NCBI GenBank assembly: GCA_022446825.1
Contig: JAKVBY010000043.1
Span: 10,986-74,985, forward strand
DNA: 64,000 bases
Direction of reading: 5' to 3'
Origin: Pirellulaceae bacterium
GTDB lineage: Bacteria; Planctomycetota; Planctomycetia; Pirellulales; Pirellulaceae
The notes beneath the pieces were generated by a model. That model worked only from the letters and a program-made list of their open reading frames with translations. It ran no database searches and was not told the DNA's origin. Shown piece by piece: positions 54,339 to 64,000 of the stretch (position 1 is the first letter of the stretch; each line of letters starts with the position of its first letter). A program made the position numbers and the translations under genes.

Positions 54339-55544
54339 ATGAAAAATCTGCTCCCTTTCTTTGCTATTGTTTTTTTGGTTACGGTTTCGACGGGTGCCGA
54401 CTGGCGGCAGTTTCGTGGTACTTTGGGGAATAGTGTGGCCGCAGATGCCAACTTGCCCATCGAATGGAACGAAGACAAAAATATCGCCTGGACTGCCGAT
54501 CTTGTTGGCAGGGGGCCATCGAGTCCCATCGTTGTGGATGGCCGCGTCATCGTCACAGCAAGTGGCGGCGTGAGACAAGATCGTCTTTACGTCTTGGCAT
54601 TCGATGCAGATTCTGGAGAATCCCTTTGGCGGCGAGAATTCTGGGCGACTGGTCGCACTCTCACCCATCCCGAAAGCGCCGTTGCTGCCCCAACCCCAGC
54701 CAGTGATGGAAAACGTATTTTTGCTTTCTATTCCTCGAATGACTTAATCTGTCTCGATTTGGATGGAAATCTCCTCTGGTATCGTGGTTTGGCACACGAC
54801 TATCCCAAGGCGGGCAACGATGTGGGGATGTCAGCATCTCCGGTTGTGGTCGACGAAACTGTCATCGTCCAACTCGAAAATCAAGGAGATTCTTTCGCTA
54901 CTGGGATTGATGTCGTGACAGGAGAAGAACGCTGGCGAATCGACCGTGATGCCCGGGCAAACTGGACCTCACCCGTCGGTCTCGAAATCAATGGCCAAAA
55001 CGTTGTCTTGCTCCAATCGCCTGCAACCGGCATCTCTGCACACAATCCGCTCACCGGCGAAACAATCTGGACCTTTAAAGCCAATTCGGGTGGCATTGCT
55101 TCACCCATCGCAAATGACGGACGCGTCTTTTTTGCCTCGAAGGGCATCACAGCGTTAAACGTGGCAACTGGTTCGGTCGAGCCGAGCGTCGAATGGGATT
55201 CCAATCAATTAAATCCCAGCTCGGCGAGCCCCCTTTTGTTCGCTGGGCGGATCTACACCATGAATCGCGGTGGCATTCTCACTTGTGGGAGCGCAGACGA
55301 TGGAAAAAAACTTTGGCAACTCCGCTTGGGAGGAACGCATTGGGCAACTCCTGTCATCGCAGGTGAACACATTTACTGCGTCAGCTTTGAAGGCGAAGTA
55401 AAAGTAGTTTCCCTGGGTGAAAAAGGGGAGGTTGTTGCTACCAATCAATTTCCAGAAAAAATTCAAGGAACGCCCGCAGTCGTGGGCGATGCAATGTATA
55501 TCAAAAGCGATCAACATCTCTGGAAGATTGCTTCCGAGAAATGA
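54339..55544 (+). CDS. PQQ-like beta-propeller repeat protein (BamB-like fold)
   Basis: It has a signal peptide and the WRQFRG start. It has repeated GxxxW/ssPvv.dg.v.v units (PSSPIVVDGRVIVTA; ASPVVVDETVIVQ; ATPVIAGEHIYCVS; GTPAVVGDAMYIKS). Confidence 0.8.
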   Translation: MKNLLPFFAIVFLVTVSTGADWRQFRGTLGNSVAADANLPIEWNEDKNIAWTADLVGRGPSSPIVVDGRVIVTASGGVRQDRLYVLAFDADSGESLWRREFWATGRTLTHPESAVAAPTPASDGKRIFAFYSSNDLICLDLDGNLLWYRGLAHDYPKAGNDVGMSASPVVVDETVIVQLENQGDSFATGIDVVTGEERWRIDRDARANWTSPVGLEINGQNVVLLQSPATGISAHNPLTGETIWTFKANSGGIASPIANDGRVFFASKGITALNVATGSVEPSVEWDSNQLNPSSASPLLFAGRIYTMNRGGILTCGSADDGKKLWQLRLGGTHWATPVIAGEHIYCVSFEGEVKVVSLGEKGEVVATNQFPEKIQGTPAVVGDAMYIKSDQHLWKIASEK

Positions 55545-55631
55545 TCTAATTATCTCTCGCAAGCATCAAGCCAGCGTCACAAGCTCATCACTTGCCTGGC
55601 GAGATGGCTCTACCAGGAGCGAATCTCATTC

Positions 55632-56918
55632 GTGGACAACTGGATTGAAATTCAACCTTGCGGACCACTAGAGGCTGAGATTCAGCCACCGGGTTCGAAG
55701 AGTATCACTAATCGAGTGCTCGTGTGTGCGGCGTTTGCCAATGGCACTTCCGTTCTGACCGGTGCGCTCGATAGCGAAGACACCCGCGTGATGATCTCGT
55801 CTTTACGGCAATTAGGAATTGAGATTGCGATCGATCAAGGTGGAACACGTTTACGAGTTAAGGGATGTAATGGCATTCCACCGACCAAGCAAGCCTCGCT
55901 CTTTGTAGCCAACAGTGGCACTACGATGCGTTTTCTAACAGCGATGCTAGGAACTATTGACGGTACTTTTCGCATTGACGGCATTGAGCGGATGCGTGTA
56001 CGACCGATTGCCGATTTATTGGAATCACTTGTATTACTTGGTGCGTCCACGCACTCTGAAAACAACGATGGTTGTCCACCGATCTGTATCAACGGTGGCG
56101 GGATGCGTGGGGGGACAGCAAACATTCGTGGGGACATTTCGAGTCAATTTCTAAGCGGCTTGCTACTGGCGGCTCCCAACTCAAAAGCCGCAATTAAGCT
56201 ACTGGTTGATGGCTCCCTGGTCTCAACACCTTACATCGACATGACGATCCGAGTCATGGAAGCTTTCGGCGTACAAATCGATCAAAACCAACACGACACC
56301 TTTCAAATCACACCGCAGCAGTATGCGAGCACAGATTTTTTAATAGAACCCGATGCCTCAGCGGCCAGCTATTTTTGGGCAGCTGCAGCGATTGCCGGTG
56401 GAGCAGTTACGGTAAGAGGACTGCGGCGCGATGCCTTGCAAGGGGACGTTGCCTTCTGTGATTGCTTACAGCGCATGGGTTGTCGAGTCGAAAATAATCA
56501 AAATGGGATCACCGTTTTGAGCGGAACCTTGCGTGGCATTGAAGTCGATATGAATAATATTAGCGACACGGTCCAAACGCTCGCAGCCGTCGCTTTGTTT
56601 GCGGATGGCCCAACAACCATCACAGGTGTAGCTCATATCCGCCACAAGGAAACCGACCGCATTACGGATCTCGCGCGCGAGTTGCGAAAGTTTGGTGCCG
56701 ACGTCGAGGAAAACACTGATGGCCTGCGGATTACACCGCAAAAACTTCGACCGGCTGAAATAGAAACCTATAACGACCACCGCATGGCTATGAGTCTTGC
56801 ATTAGTCGGACTCAAAATCCCCAAGGTCGTGATCCAAAACCCGGACTGCACTCAGAAGACCTATCCAGCCTTCTTTGATGACCTGAATTCTGTCTGCAAC
56901 ACAAACCGTGATTCTTAA
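55632..56918 (+). CDS. aroA: 3-phosphoshikimate 1-carboxyvinyltransferase (EPSP synthase)
   Basis: The start is a GTG. It has PGSKSITNRVLVCAAFANG, LFVANSGTTMRFL, RMRVRPI and HDHRMAMSLAL, all AroA signature blocks. Confidence 0.93.
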   Translation: MDNWIEIQPCGPLEAEIQPPGSKSITNRVLVCAAFANGTSVLTGALDSEDTRVMISSLRQLGIEIAIDQGGTRLRVKGCNGIPPTKQASLFVANSGTTMRFLTAMLGTIDGTFRIDGIERMRVRPIADLLESLVLLGASTHSENNDGCPPICINGGGMRGGTANIRGDISSQFLSGLLLAAPNSKAAIKLLVDGSLVSTPYIDMTIRVMEAFGVQIDQNQHDTFQITPQQYASTDFLIEPDASAASYFWAAAAIAGGAVTVRGLRRDALQGDVAFCDCLQRMGCRVENNQNGITVLSGTLRGIEVDMNNISDTVQTLAAVALFADGPTTITGVAHIRHKETDRITDLARELRKFGADVEENTDGLRITPQKLRPAEIETYNDHRMAMSLALVGLKIPKVVIQNPDCTQKTYPAFFDDLNSVCNTNRDS

Positions 56919-56921
56919 GTC

Positions 56922-57149
56922 CTATCGCGGTCTTTTCGGCGTTTCCACCGACGCCGCAAGCAATTCGTCGGCTCGCGACAAAATGGTATTATCGCAACTG
57001 GGCACTGCAGCCTCGTTGGATAAATCGGTTGCTGCAAACTTACCATGACAGTGTTGGCACTTCACGAGTTTCCCTAGGAACTCCACGCGAACTTCCAACC
57101 TGCGCCCACAAGTGGGGCATTCTTGTACAAAATAGGTGGCGCCAGACAT
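56922..57149 (-). CDS. Small zinc-ribbon protein (75 aa)
   Basis: CPTCGRRL...CQHCHGKF gives two CxxC knuckles 17 residues apart. It is convergent with aroA, with a 3-nt gap. Confidence 0.55.
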   Translation of the reverse strand: MSGATYFVQECPTCGRRLEVRVEFLGKLVKCQHCHGKFAATDLSNEAAVPSCDNTILSRADELLAASVETPKRPR

Positions 57150-57525
57150 GTCGGCATCTCCTGCTACCGTGAGCCACGAAACAGAAATGATCTCAAGACG
57201 ACTATCTTAGGTTGAATGTGCCTGTTTGTGCAATTCTCAATTGCTCGCGAAACCCTCGCGGACGGAAAACTCGACGTGCGTATTAAAGTTCTAAGTTTCC
57301 CCAGTCCAAACTAACGAAAACGCCACGTAAACTACTGCAAATAAATACCTTACGACCATATCGGATGATTTTACACCAACGTTTCTCCTGAAAACACTTT
57401 GACGTAAGTCCAATAAATTTGTGCAGACGTTTGGTTTAGGAAAACACCGATTCCCTTACTTTTTTCACCTCGCTGGAAGTGAATCGCGGCGCTTAAAATC
57501 AACTGAAACGACTTCACGACACAAA

Positions 57526-58266
57526 TCACCGCTCGACGTTACGGATTGACTCGATGATCACTGGCACTGCCGGTGTACTCTGAAAGTCACCGTCATCCAC
57601 AACAGGAACAGCGGCAATCTGTTCCACGATCTCGATACCTTCGACCACTTCACCAAAGACACAGTATCCGGTGACAAGACCGTCTTCGTTCTCTTGATGG
57701 TCCAGGTGAGAATTATCAGAAAGGTTGATAAAGAATTGCGACTTCGCGCTGTCGGAAAACTCTGCATCTCGCGCCATGGCAATTGTTCCGCGTCGATTGG
57801 ACAAACCATTGTGCGCTTCGTTGCGAATCGAAGTTAACGTTGGCTTTGACTCGCGAGTGACAGAAAATCCTCCGCCGGCAATCATATGTTTAGTATCTAC
57901 ATAATGAAAAATCGTTTGCGAATAGAACCCTCGATTGACATAATTTTCCAGAAAGTTTTCGACGGTTTTGGGGGATTTTTCACCGTTAAGTCGCAGGCGA
58001 AATTCTCCCATCGAAGTCTGCACAAGAACTTCTGGAAACAGATCTAAACCTACTTGAGCTGGTGAATCCGTCGCCGGTTCACTCGCCGAAAGTTGCACCG
58101 GTTCCACGTAACCTTTGCTGGTGATCTTGGCTTCTGATTGGTCGGAGCCATCACTACTGATACTGGCAGTCGGTGCGTCGATTTCCGCTCCACACCCCGC
58201 CAAAGTTAACGCCACAAAACAAAAGAAAATCAGATTAAACATTCGTCTCTGATTGCAACAGAACAT
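57526..58266 (-). CDS. Cyclophilin-type peptidyl-prolyl cis-trans isomerase, lipoprotein
   Basis: The cyclophilin blocks are FHYVD..HMIAGGGF, RGTIAMAR, SQFFINL and FGEVVEGIEIV. The preferred start is ATG 58266, with AGGAGG 7 nt upstream. This gives MFCCNQRRMFNLIFFCFVALTLAGC, which contains a lipobox. Confidence 0.88.
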   Translation of the reverse strand: MFCCNQRRMFNLIFFCFVALTLAGCGAEIDAPTASISSDGSDQSEAKITSKGYVEPVQLSASEPATDSPAQVGLDLFPEVLVQTSMGEFRLRLNGEKSPKTVENFLENYVNRGFYSQTIFHYVDTKHMIAGGGFSVTRESKPTLTSIRNEAHNGLSNRRGTIAMARDAEFSDSAKSQFFINLSDNSHLDHQENEDGLVTGYCVFGEVVEGIEIVEQIAAVPVVDDGDFQSTPAVPVIIESIRNVER

Positions 58267-58594
58267 GCCCATGCCTCCTTGCACGGCGGATGATGCGACC
58301 ATTGCATGATCGATTTTGCAAAAGTTCGCTTCGGCAGAAAACGCCATAATGGGCTGCGCAGCCGGTTTCTGCAATGGCGGTTTCTCGAAATGTCGGTCGC
58401 CAGCCAATTGCCTGCTGAATTCGCGTCATGTCAGCTTGGCAAAGGTGAACGCTCCTAGAGTATTCGGAGGCAAGAATCTGCACTCGTTGTCGGCCGAAGT
58501 GCTAGCAAGTGTTTGTTTAGAAACTACTCTTTCACCCACCGTTTTATTTGCTCCATGGCCCACCAAATTGTCATTTTCTTTTTTTCAATAACCC

Positions 58595-60196
58595 TTAGGA
58601 GAGGAGCTGAAGATAACGCAAATAGTCATACAACCAAGGGTGTGACCAAGGGTTGCCAGCAGCATACATGGCGGAGGCGCTACTAAGGCACAATACGACC
58701 AAACCAACACCTCGTAAAACACGGTTCGAGGCGAGCCAATCAGCAACCGGAAGGAGACAAATCAACCACAACGGTGTGAACCAAAACATCCAGCGAAACG
58801 CACAACTAACGCCGCCATAGTTTCGATCTTCGATATCTCGGAAAAAAATGTAGAAAACCAGGCAAACAACGGTCAACGTCGTAACCATAGCGGCAAAGCC
58901 ACGAAGTTTTCGCTCGCGAGCAACGAGCAATATCATCATCCCAATCAGACTGAAACCCCACAATGGAGTGAGCGAGAGAATCCCGTGGTGGCCGATGAGC
59001 ACATGGAAGGCATAGTCGGCTCGCAACGACTCACCTTGATCAATGCCTACCTTTTTTCCGCTTGTCCAATAACTTCCATCATAACGATACCAATTGTCCC
59101 AGCGGCGAATTTCTAGCTGTGAACCACTTTCGACCACGGCAAAACGCTTGCCAGTCTCGGGGTCATCAATCACCCAGCGACCAGCCTCATGCTCTGCTTT
59201 TAGTGTCGCATTCGACGACAAGGTTTCATTATGATCTGCCAAGTCAGGCCGAATCTTGTTGAGAATCGCAAGACCACCGTTCGCCTTGGACATATTCTTT
59301 TCGACCTGGGTCAGGATGCTGCCGTCTTGACGGTGAGCGTATGGCGGCCACCAATCGTTGTGGGCCAGATGATTTGTATAAAAGAAACCGGCAACAACCA
59401 GTGCCGCGCCAGGGAAAAATCCAAGTAAGGCGCGGAGGGGTGACCGGATCAACATCGCTCCCGTCAAAACGATCAGAAAAGAGAGAGCCGGCAGTTCGTT
59501 GGCTGCCGCGAAGGCAGAAAACACACCGGCTACGATGAATCGTGGCAGACTGCGGGCTCCATCTTGCCAAATGGGCAATGCTGCATGGATTGCGATGAGC
59601 ACGCTGATCGCTGCAGGCAAATGGTTATTTAAGGTCACGGCGAAGGTCGTCAGAAATGTCCCCCACGTTGCAGCGGCCACGGCAAACATCCGTCCCCAGT
59701 CAGAACTACCCAGTCTTTCCACTAAACGCACCAGCAAAATAAAGTAGATCGCCAGCGGGATGACGTTGGTAACTCCGATCATCAGACGTTGGACATAAAA
59801 TGTGTCCTGGTCAAGATCAACGCCGACATACGTCTTCAGTGCCCAATATTCCCAGGCCAGTAGTGTCGGGAACAAGGCTGGCTTACTCGAGTAATAGTGC
59901 TGCCGGTCGTCCTTACCTTGATGGCGTACCATATCAATCGTGTACCAATGACGCCGCTTGGTTTCTGGATGACGGAGTTGCACCACGTTATCGATTTCAT
60001 AAGTGCCTTCGTCACCCAACGCTCGAATCGTACACCAGCGACTACGATCATTTGCGCTGAGCATGGCGGTCTCACCAGTACTCGCCGTAATAGAAGCAAT
60101 GCGGCCGATCATCACGCCAATCGACGAGGCAATCAGCACAAAATACACCGTGTTGCGCATTTGTTTGCGAGTCAAAAGAGTGTTCGTTGCGACCAT
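58595..60196 (-). CDS. Polytopic membrane glycosyltransferase, GT-C fold (ArnT/PMT-like)
   Basis: The ORF is 533 aa with about 11-12 predicted TM segments. The first extracytoplasmic loop has acidic residues and a YYSSKPALFPTLLA block, resembling the (D/E)KPPL loop of GT-C enzymes. Its ATG overlaps the stop of the upstream GT2 gene (TAATG). Confidence 0.65.
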   Translation of the reverse strand: MVATNTLLTRKQMRNTVYFVLIASSIGVMIGRIASITASTGETAMLSANDRSRWCTIRALGDEGTYEIDNVVQLRHPETKRRHWYTIDMVRHQGKDDRQHYYSSKPALFPTLLAWEYWALKTYVGVDLDQDTFYVQRLMIGVTNVIPLAIYFILLVRLVERLGSSDWGRMFAVAAATWGTFLTTFAVTLNNHLPAAISVLIAIHAALPIWQDGARSLPRFIVAGVFSAFAAANELPALSFLIVLTGAMLIRSPLRALLGFFPGAALVVAGFFYTNHLAHNDWWPPYAHRQDGSILTQVEKNMSKANGGLAILNKIRPDLADHNETLSSNATLKAEHEAGRWVIDDPETGKRFAVVESGSQLEIRRWDNWYRYDGSYWTSGKKVGIDQGESLRADYAFHVLIGHHGILSLTPLWGFSLIGMMILLVARERKLRGFAAMVTTLTVVCLVFYIFFRDIEDRNYGGVSCAFRWMFWFTPLWLICLLPVADWLASNRVLRGVGLVVLCLSSASAMYAAGNPWSHPWLYDYLRYLQLLS

Positions 60197-61251
60197 TAGC
60201 TTGCCGGGGGTTTGTCAAAATTTTCTTTAGCCATGGATGACTCAAGACGGGAACTTATAGGCACAATCGTTTCGCCAGTTTGGCCCTCCACTGCCCCTAA
60301 GTCAATCGAATCTTGGATCGAGTAAGCCGGTTTTTGAGTTGCCTGAAACGCCGTGATTAACTCTGCCAGAAAACCAATCGACATGAATTGACCGCCAAGT
60401 AGTACCGCGACGATAGAGTAATAAAACACCGCTCTTTCGTGCAGGTGCAAGTCATCCACTGGATTTTCATTCCAGCGTGTCAATCCCCAAGCGACCGTTA
60501 AAATCGTCAGCCCTGCTCCACCAATCGTGAACGCGAATAGTCCCAAGGTCCCCAACAAATGTTGGGGGCGATGGCCAAATCCAGTCAGAAAATAAACCGT
60601 TAACAGATCAAGGAAGCCTTTGACGAGACGACGGATGCCATATTTCGAATGGCCAAATTTTCGGGCCCGGTGATTGACCACCATCTCACCAACACGAAAA
60701 CCACGCGCAGCAGCCAAGACTGGCACGAAACGATGCAATTCGCCATAGACCTGCACTTCCTCAAAGACGGCGCGGCGATAGCATTTGAATCCGCAATTGT
60801 GATCATGCAGCTTGACCCCTGTCAGCCGACCAACCAACCAATTGAACATTTTTGAGGGAAGAACTTTGTGCCAAGGATCGTGACGCACCTGTTTCCAACC
60901 GCTGACAACATCCAACTCCTCTGCGATTACCTCGAGAAACCGTGGAATCTCGTGGGGATCATCTTGAAGGTCCGCGTCAAGGGTGAAGATAAAATCACCT
61001 TTGGCAACTTGAAAACCAGCGTCCAAAGCAGCGGCTTTACCAAAATTTCTCCGAAAGCGAATTGCTCGGACGCGTGAATCCGTCTCAGCAAGCGCTTGAA
61101 TTACCTGCCATGAGCCGTCATTGGAACCATCGTCCACGAATACCATCTCGATTTCATAGCCATTGTCTTGCGCGACACGGGCAATTTCACCGTGTAACTC
61201 CGGGAGACTCTGCTCCTCGTTGAAAACCGGAATGATGGTTGAGAGTTTCAA
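60196..61251 (-). CDS. GT2-family polyprenyl-phosphate glycosyltransferase (ArnC/GtrB/DPM1-like)
   Basis: It has IIPVFNEEQSLPEL...VFVDDGSNDGS...DADLQDDP, the GT-A DxD region. The C-terminus has 2-4 TM helices, as in ArnC/GtrB-type enzymes. Confidence 0.9.
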   Translation of the reverse strand: MKLSTIIPVFNEEQSLPELHGEIARVAQDNGYEIEMVFVDDGSNDGSWQVIQALAETDSRVRAIRFRRNFGKAAALDAGFQVAKGDFIFTLDADLQDDPHEIPRFLEVIAEELDVVSGWKQVRHDPWHKVLPSKMFNWLVGRLTGVKLHDHNCGFKCYRRAVFEEVQVYGELHRFVPVLAAARGFRVGEMVVNHRARKFGHSKYGIRRLVKGFLDLLTVYFLTGFGHRPQHLLGTLGLFAFTIGGAGLTILTVAWGLTRWNENPVDDLHLHERAVFYYSIVAVLLGGQFMSIGFLAELITAFQATQKPAYSIQDSIDLGAVEGQTGETIVPISSRLESSMAKENFDKPPAS

Positions 61252-61303
61252 AAGCGAACCAACATGCGACTGGGTTGGACGGTGGCACCAAGCGGTATCT
61301 AAG

Positions 61304-62314
61304 TTAATCAGAAGCCGCGTCTGGTTTGGCAGCGGCCAAAGTCGGCCGTCGGCGAAACCCCAAGTATAGAATAATCGAAATGATCGCTTCTGACACTATC
61401 CAAGAGATGCGCAGCAGCGCAGCAGCGGTCACCGCTACAGTCAACCCAAACTGTGGTTGCAAGAGAGGAACGACAACTAACTCACGTGCGCCCACTCCTC
61501 CCGGCAAAAGTGAAAGAAATCCAGCTACCATACTCAAAGAAACGGCTGCGACGAGTAGAGGAAAATGCGCCGTAAACCCTAAATCTAACGGTTCCGCAAT
61601 CGCAGGTGACACTGCCTCCAAAGTCGCCCAAAGGCTCATTCCCATCAAACACCATCCGATGGTAATCGTCGACCAACCATAGACCATCAATTTCCAGTCA
61701 ACTCGCTGTAAGCATTGCTCAATTTCGGGATTAAATCGCTTCACGCCCACGATCCGAACGATCTGACGAAAAATGGGCGGGACTGTTGGTATGCCAGAAC
61801 AAAGCATGAGGCCTAAGGCCAAGCCTATGAGCCACCACTGACGATCAAAACAAAATGGCAGGAGTCCAGCTGCTAAACACCCACCAACAGCCATCATCGT
61901 CAGCGTTTCGATGAAAACACCAAGCGCCGCGACAGAAGCATCAACCCTTTCATTCTTTACCAACCCCGTGCGGAGAACGACAACAAGAACTTTTCCCGGC
62001 ACATATTTCCCCAGATTTCCAACAAAGAAAGCACGGAATGAATCTAACAATCTTGGCTGCTGCCGCATCGCTTGCATGACACGATGCCAAAATAGCCAAG
62101 ACGGTAAGAGTGCGGACAAATAAAGCACACCTCCAATCGCCAACCAGACACAGTCAACCTCTGCAAAAGATAAAGACTGTTCTTTCAATTCATCAGTAAC
62201 CTGACCGACAACACGCCAGCCTCCCCAGAACACTATAGACAGCATGAAGATCTGTAGTGTGATCTTGAGGCGAGGCAAGCTCCGTACGCGCTGTTCCGTG
62301 GTATTACCAAGCAC
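61304..62314 (-). CDS. UPF0104 / lysyl-phosphatidylglycerol-synthase-TM-like (flippase-like) membrane protein
   Basis: The ORF is 336 aa with about 8 TM segments. The motif FFVGNLGKYVPGKV is typical of the LPG_synthase_TM/UPF0104 family. The start is a GTG. It sits directly upstream of the GT2 gene. Confidence 0.65.
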   Translation of the reverse strand: MLGNTTEQRVRSLPRLKITLQIFMLSIVFWGGWRVVGQVTDELKEQSLSFAEVDCVWLAIGGVLYLSALLPSWLFWHRVMQAMRQQPRLLDSFRAFFVGNLGKYVPGKVLVVVLRTGLVKNERVDASVAALGVFIETLTMMAVGGCLAAGLLPFCFDRQWWLIGLALGLMLCSGIPTVPPIFRQIVRIVGVKRFNPEIEQCLQRVDWKLMVYGWSTITIGWCLMGMSLWATLEAVSPAIAEPLDLGFTAHFPLLVAAVSLSMVAGFLSLLPGGVGARELVVVPLLQPQFGLTVAVTAAALLRISWIVSEAIISIILYLGFRRRPTLAAAKPDAASD

Positions 62315-62545
62315 TTGCAGAAATTCTCAGAGGTCAACAGAAATCACAGATGTGATTTAACGAAAGTAATTTCTTTTGTCGAGCCGGTTCACCACAAGCA
62401 TCCCTCAAATCCAGCATAACTGCCCACCGAAATACTCGGACTGCTGCCACCAGCAGGCAAAGGTCTGTTACAATGCCCGCCTGCTACAATGTCTCGCCGG
62501 CGATGACGATAATAACGAACTCGCGAATTCACTGGAACTCTTGTC

Positions 62546-64000
62546 ATGTCGCGAATTGTTTCTTTTTTGGTGTTGATTGGCGTAATCGCTGTCATCAGTG
62601 TGCTGTTCTACCATGTGATGGCTGGGTTTCTTTTGCCCCTCTTTTTAGCCCTCACCATGGTTGTAGTGTTTCGACCACTCCACCTGTGGTTTATCGCGAA
62701 GTGCCACGGCCGAGATCGTTTAGCTGCAGGCCTTACAACGGCCACTGCCATGTCCATTGTATTTTTCCCCGCGGTTCTCACCATCACCTTGGCAATCGAT
62801 GAAGCGCGCGATGTGACGGTCACCTACTTTCGCGACACCAAAATAACCACTCAAGCCAAGCAAACAAATGAGAACAACAAGGGATCGACTAGTCGTCTTG
62901 ACGGGTTACGAAGACGATTAGGACTCACCATACCCCAACGGCAGCAAATCCAAACGATCGAGCTGACTCTGGGAACTTGGCTAGAAAAGACAAATCTGAC
63001 AGCCAGCAAAAAACGCATTCACTTTCAAAAGGCATCTATCAAGGCGTTTCAAAACAGTGCACAAGAACTAGGAAAGTACGTCCAAGACCAATCTCCAAAT
63101 AATACAAATGTCGCAGCGGAAGCATCAGACAACAAAGTCCAGACCAAATGGCACCATTGTGAGCTTCGCTTTGAAAAGATCTTTACCCAATTGAGAAAAC
63201 TCCAAACCAAGTATCATCCCAACGACACGAACAGGGCAAATGACGATCCGGATCGACATCAAGAAAGAGATGTAATTTTTTTCCTGAGTGACCTCGATGA
63301 TATCAATCTGACTCTCGGGGATGACATTCATCTTGCTCTTGAGGAGATGCGCAGTTTCAAAACGGAGCTATTTGGCGGCACAATGCTGGCGCGCTTCAAA
63401 GAATTTGCTAATCCAGACCCACAACAATTGTGGGCTTTCGGTCGGAGAGTTTTCGAAGAGATTCGTCCCAAACTGGTCTCGGTGGGTGGTGAGGCCGTCG
63501 TATTTGCCTGGCGACTGATCATGGGGACGATCATCATGACTGTCAGCATGTATTTCTTTTTGGCTGACGGACGTGGCATGGTAAACACGGTCATGCGATT
63601 GTCACCGCTCTCCGATGCCTACGAAGAGGAACTGATCGGAGAATTTGACCGGATCAGCCGCGCCGTCGTGGTAGCCACCCTATTGTCAGCTATCGCACAA
63701 GGCATACTCGCTGGGATTGGCTATTTCTTTGCCGGTGTCGAGTCTCTCTTCTTGTGGACACTGATCACCATGGTCATGGCAATGGTGCCTTTCCTCGGCG
63801 CCGCCTCGGTGTGGCTACCCATCAGCTTGTGGCTCTGTTTCGTAAACGACCAATGGTTTGCTGGCGTACTTCTGGCGGTCTACGGTAGTCTCGTGGTGTC
63901 AATGGCCGACAATCTGATTAAACCATGGGTATTGCATGGGCAGTCCAACCTGCACCCACTCTTAGCTCTGCTGAGTGTCTTGGGCGGTGTCTCCGCAATG
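62546..64000 (+). CDS. AI-2E family transporter (PerM/UPF0118), 3'-partial, with a long hydrophilic insertion
   Basis: It is not in the ORF track because there is no stop inside the window. My translation from ATG 62546 gives MSRIVSFLVLIGVIAVISVLFYHVMAGFLLPLFLALTMVVVFRPLH...YFFLADGRGM...RAVVVATLLSAIAQGILAGIGYFFAGV...PFLGAASVWLPISLWL...SMADNLIKPWVLHGQSNLHPLLALLSVLGGV. These are canonical AI-2E blocks, and the frame is open for 485 codons to position 64000. Confidence 0.85.
   Translation, partial: MSRIVSFLVLIGVIAVISVLFYHVMAGFLLPLFLALTMVVVFRPLHLWFIAKCHGRDRLAAGLTTATAMSIVFFPAVLTITLAIDEARDVTVTYFRDTKITTQAKQTNENNKGSTSRLDGLRRRLGLTIPQRQQIQTIELTLGTWLEKTNLTASKKRIHFQKASIKAFQNSAQELGKYVQDQSPNNTNVAAEASDNKVQTKWHHCELRFEKIFTQLRKLQTKYHPNDTNRANDDPDRHQERDVIFFLSDLDDINLTLGDDIHLALEEMRSFKTELFGGTMLARFKEFANPDPQQLWAFGRRVFEEIRPKLVSVGGEAVVFAWRLIMGTIIMTVSMYFFLADGRGMVNTVMRLSPLSDAYEEELIGEFDRISRAVVVATLLSAIAQGILAGIGYFFAGVESLFLWTLITMVMAMVPFLGAASVWLPISLWLCFVNDQWFAGVLLAVYGSLVVSMADNLIKPWVLHGQSNLHPLLALLSVLGGVSAM

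Overview
The window looks like a chromosomal segment from a Planctomycetota genome, probably Pirellulales or Planctomycetales. The evidence is a PSCyt/DUF1549/DUF1553 plus DUF1501 gene pair, a second orphan DUF1501 gene, a giant exported repeat protein, many signal-peptide proteins of unknown function, and roughly 50% GC. Coding density is high. I found no rRNA, CRISPR array, transposase or integrase.

Left third (1-16 kb, almost all minus strand):
- a TolC-like outer-membrane lipoprotein
- two serine-hydrolase/beta-lactamase-fold proteins and a peptidase-MA-like HExxH protein
- tRNA-Leu(CAG)
- a small accessory block with two sulfotransferases and a secreted unknown
- the PSCyt-DUF1553/DUF1501 pair

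Centre (16.6-29.7 kb): a complete urea uptake and urease regulon.
- A stand-alone porin gene with its own strong terminator.
- One long minus-strand unit, urtABCDE-ureD-ureAB(fused)-ureC, preceded by a near-consensus sigma-54 promoter.
- Divergent ureF-ureG.
- No ureE is present, and UreG carries a His-rich N-terminal tail.

Next comes a roughly 100-codon relic of an Lhr-type helicase, followed by the most unusual object in the window. This is a 7.9-kb gene for an exported protein of about 2,640 aa, made of about 45 in-register 39-residue ARM/HEAT-like repeats with a TPR-like C-terminus.

Right third:
- a translationally coupled nucleotidyltransferase and glucuronokinase-like GHMP kinase pair
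- housekeeping genes (mfd, gltA, aroA, two PPIases, a CYTH protein)
- a coupled UPF0104 / GT2 / GT-C lipid-carrier glycosylation cluster
- a 3'-truncated AI-2E-family transporter running off the window

All functional calls come from reading motifs in the translations by eye. No database search was run.
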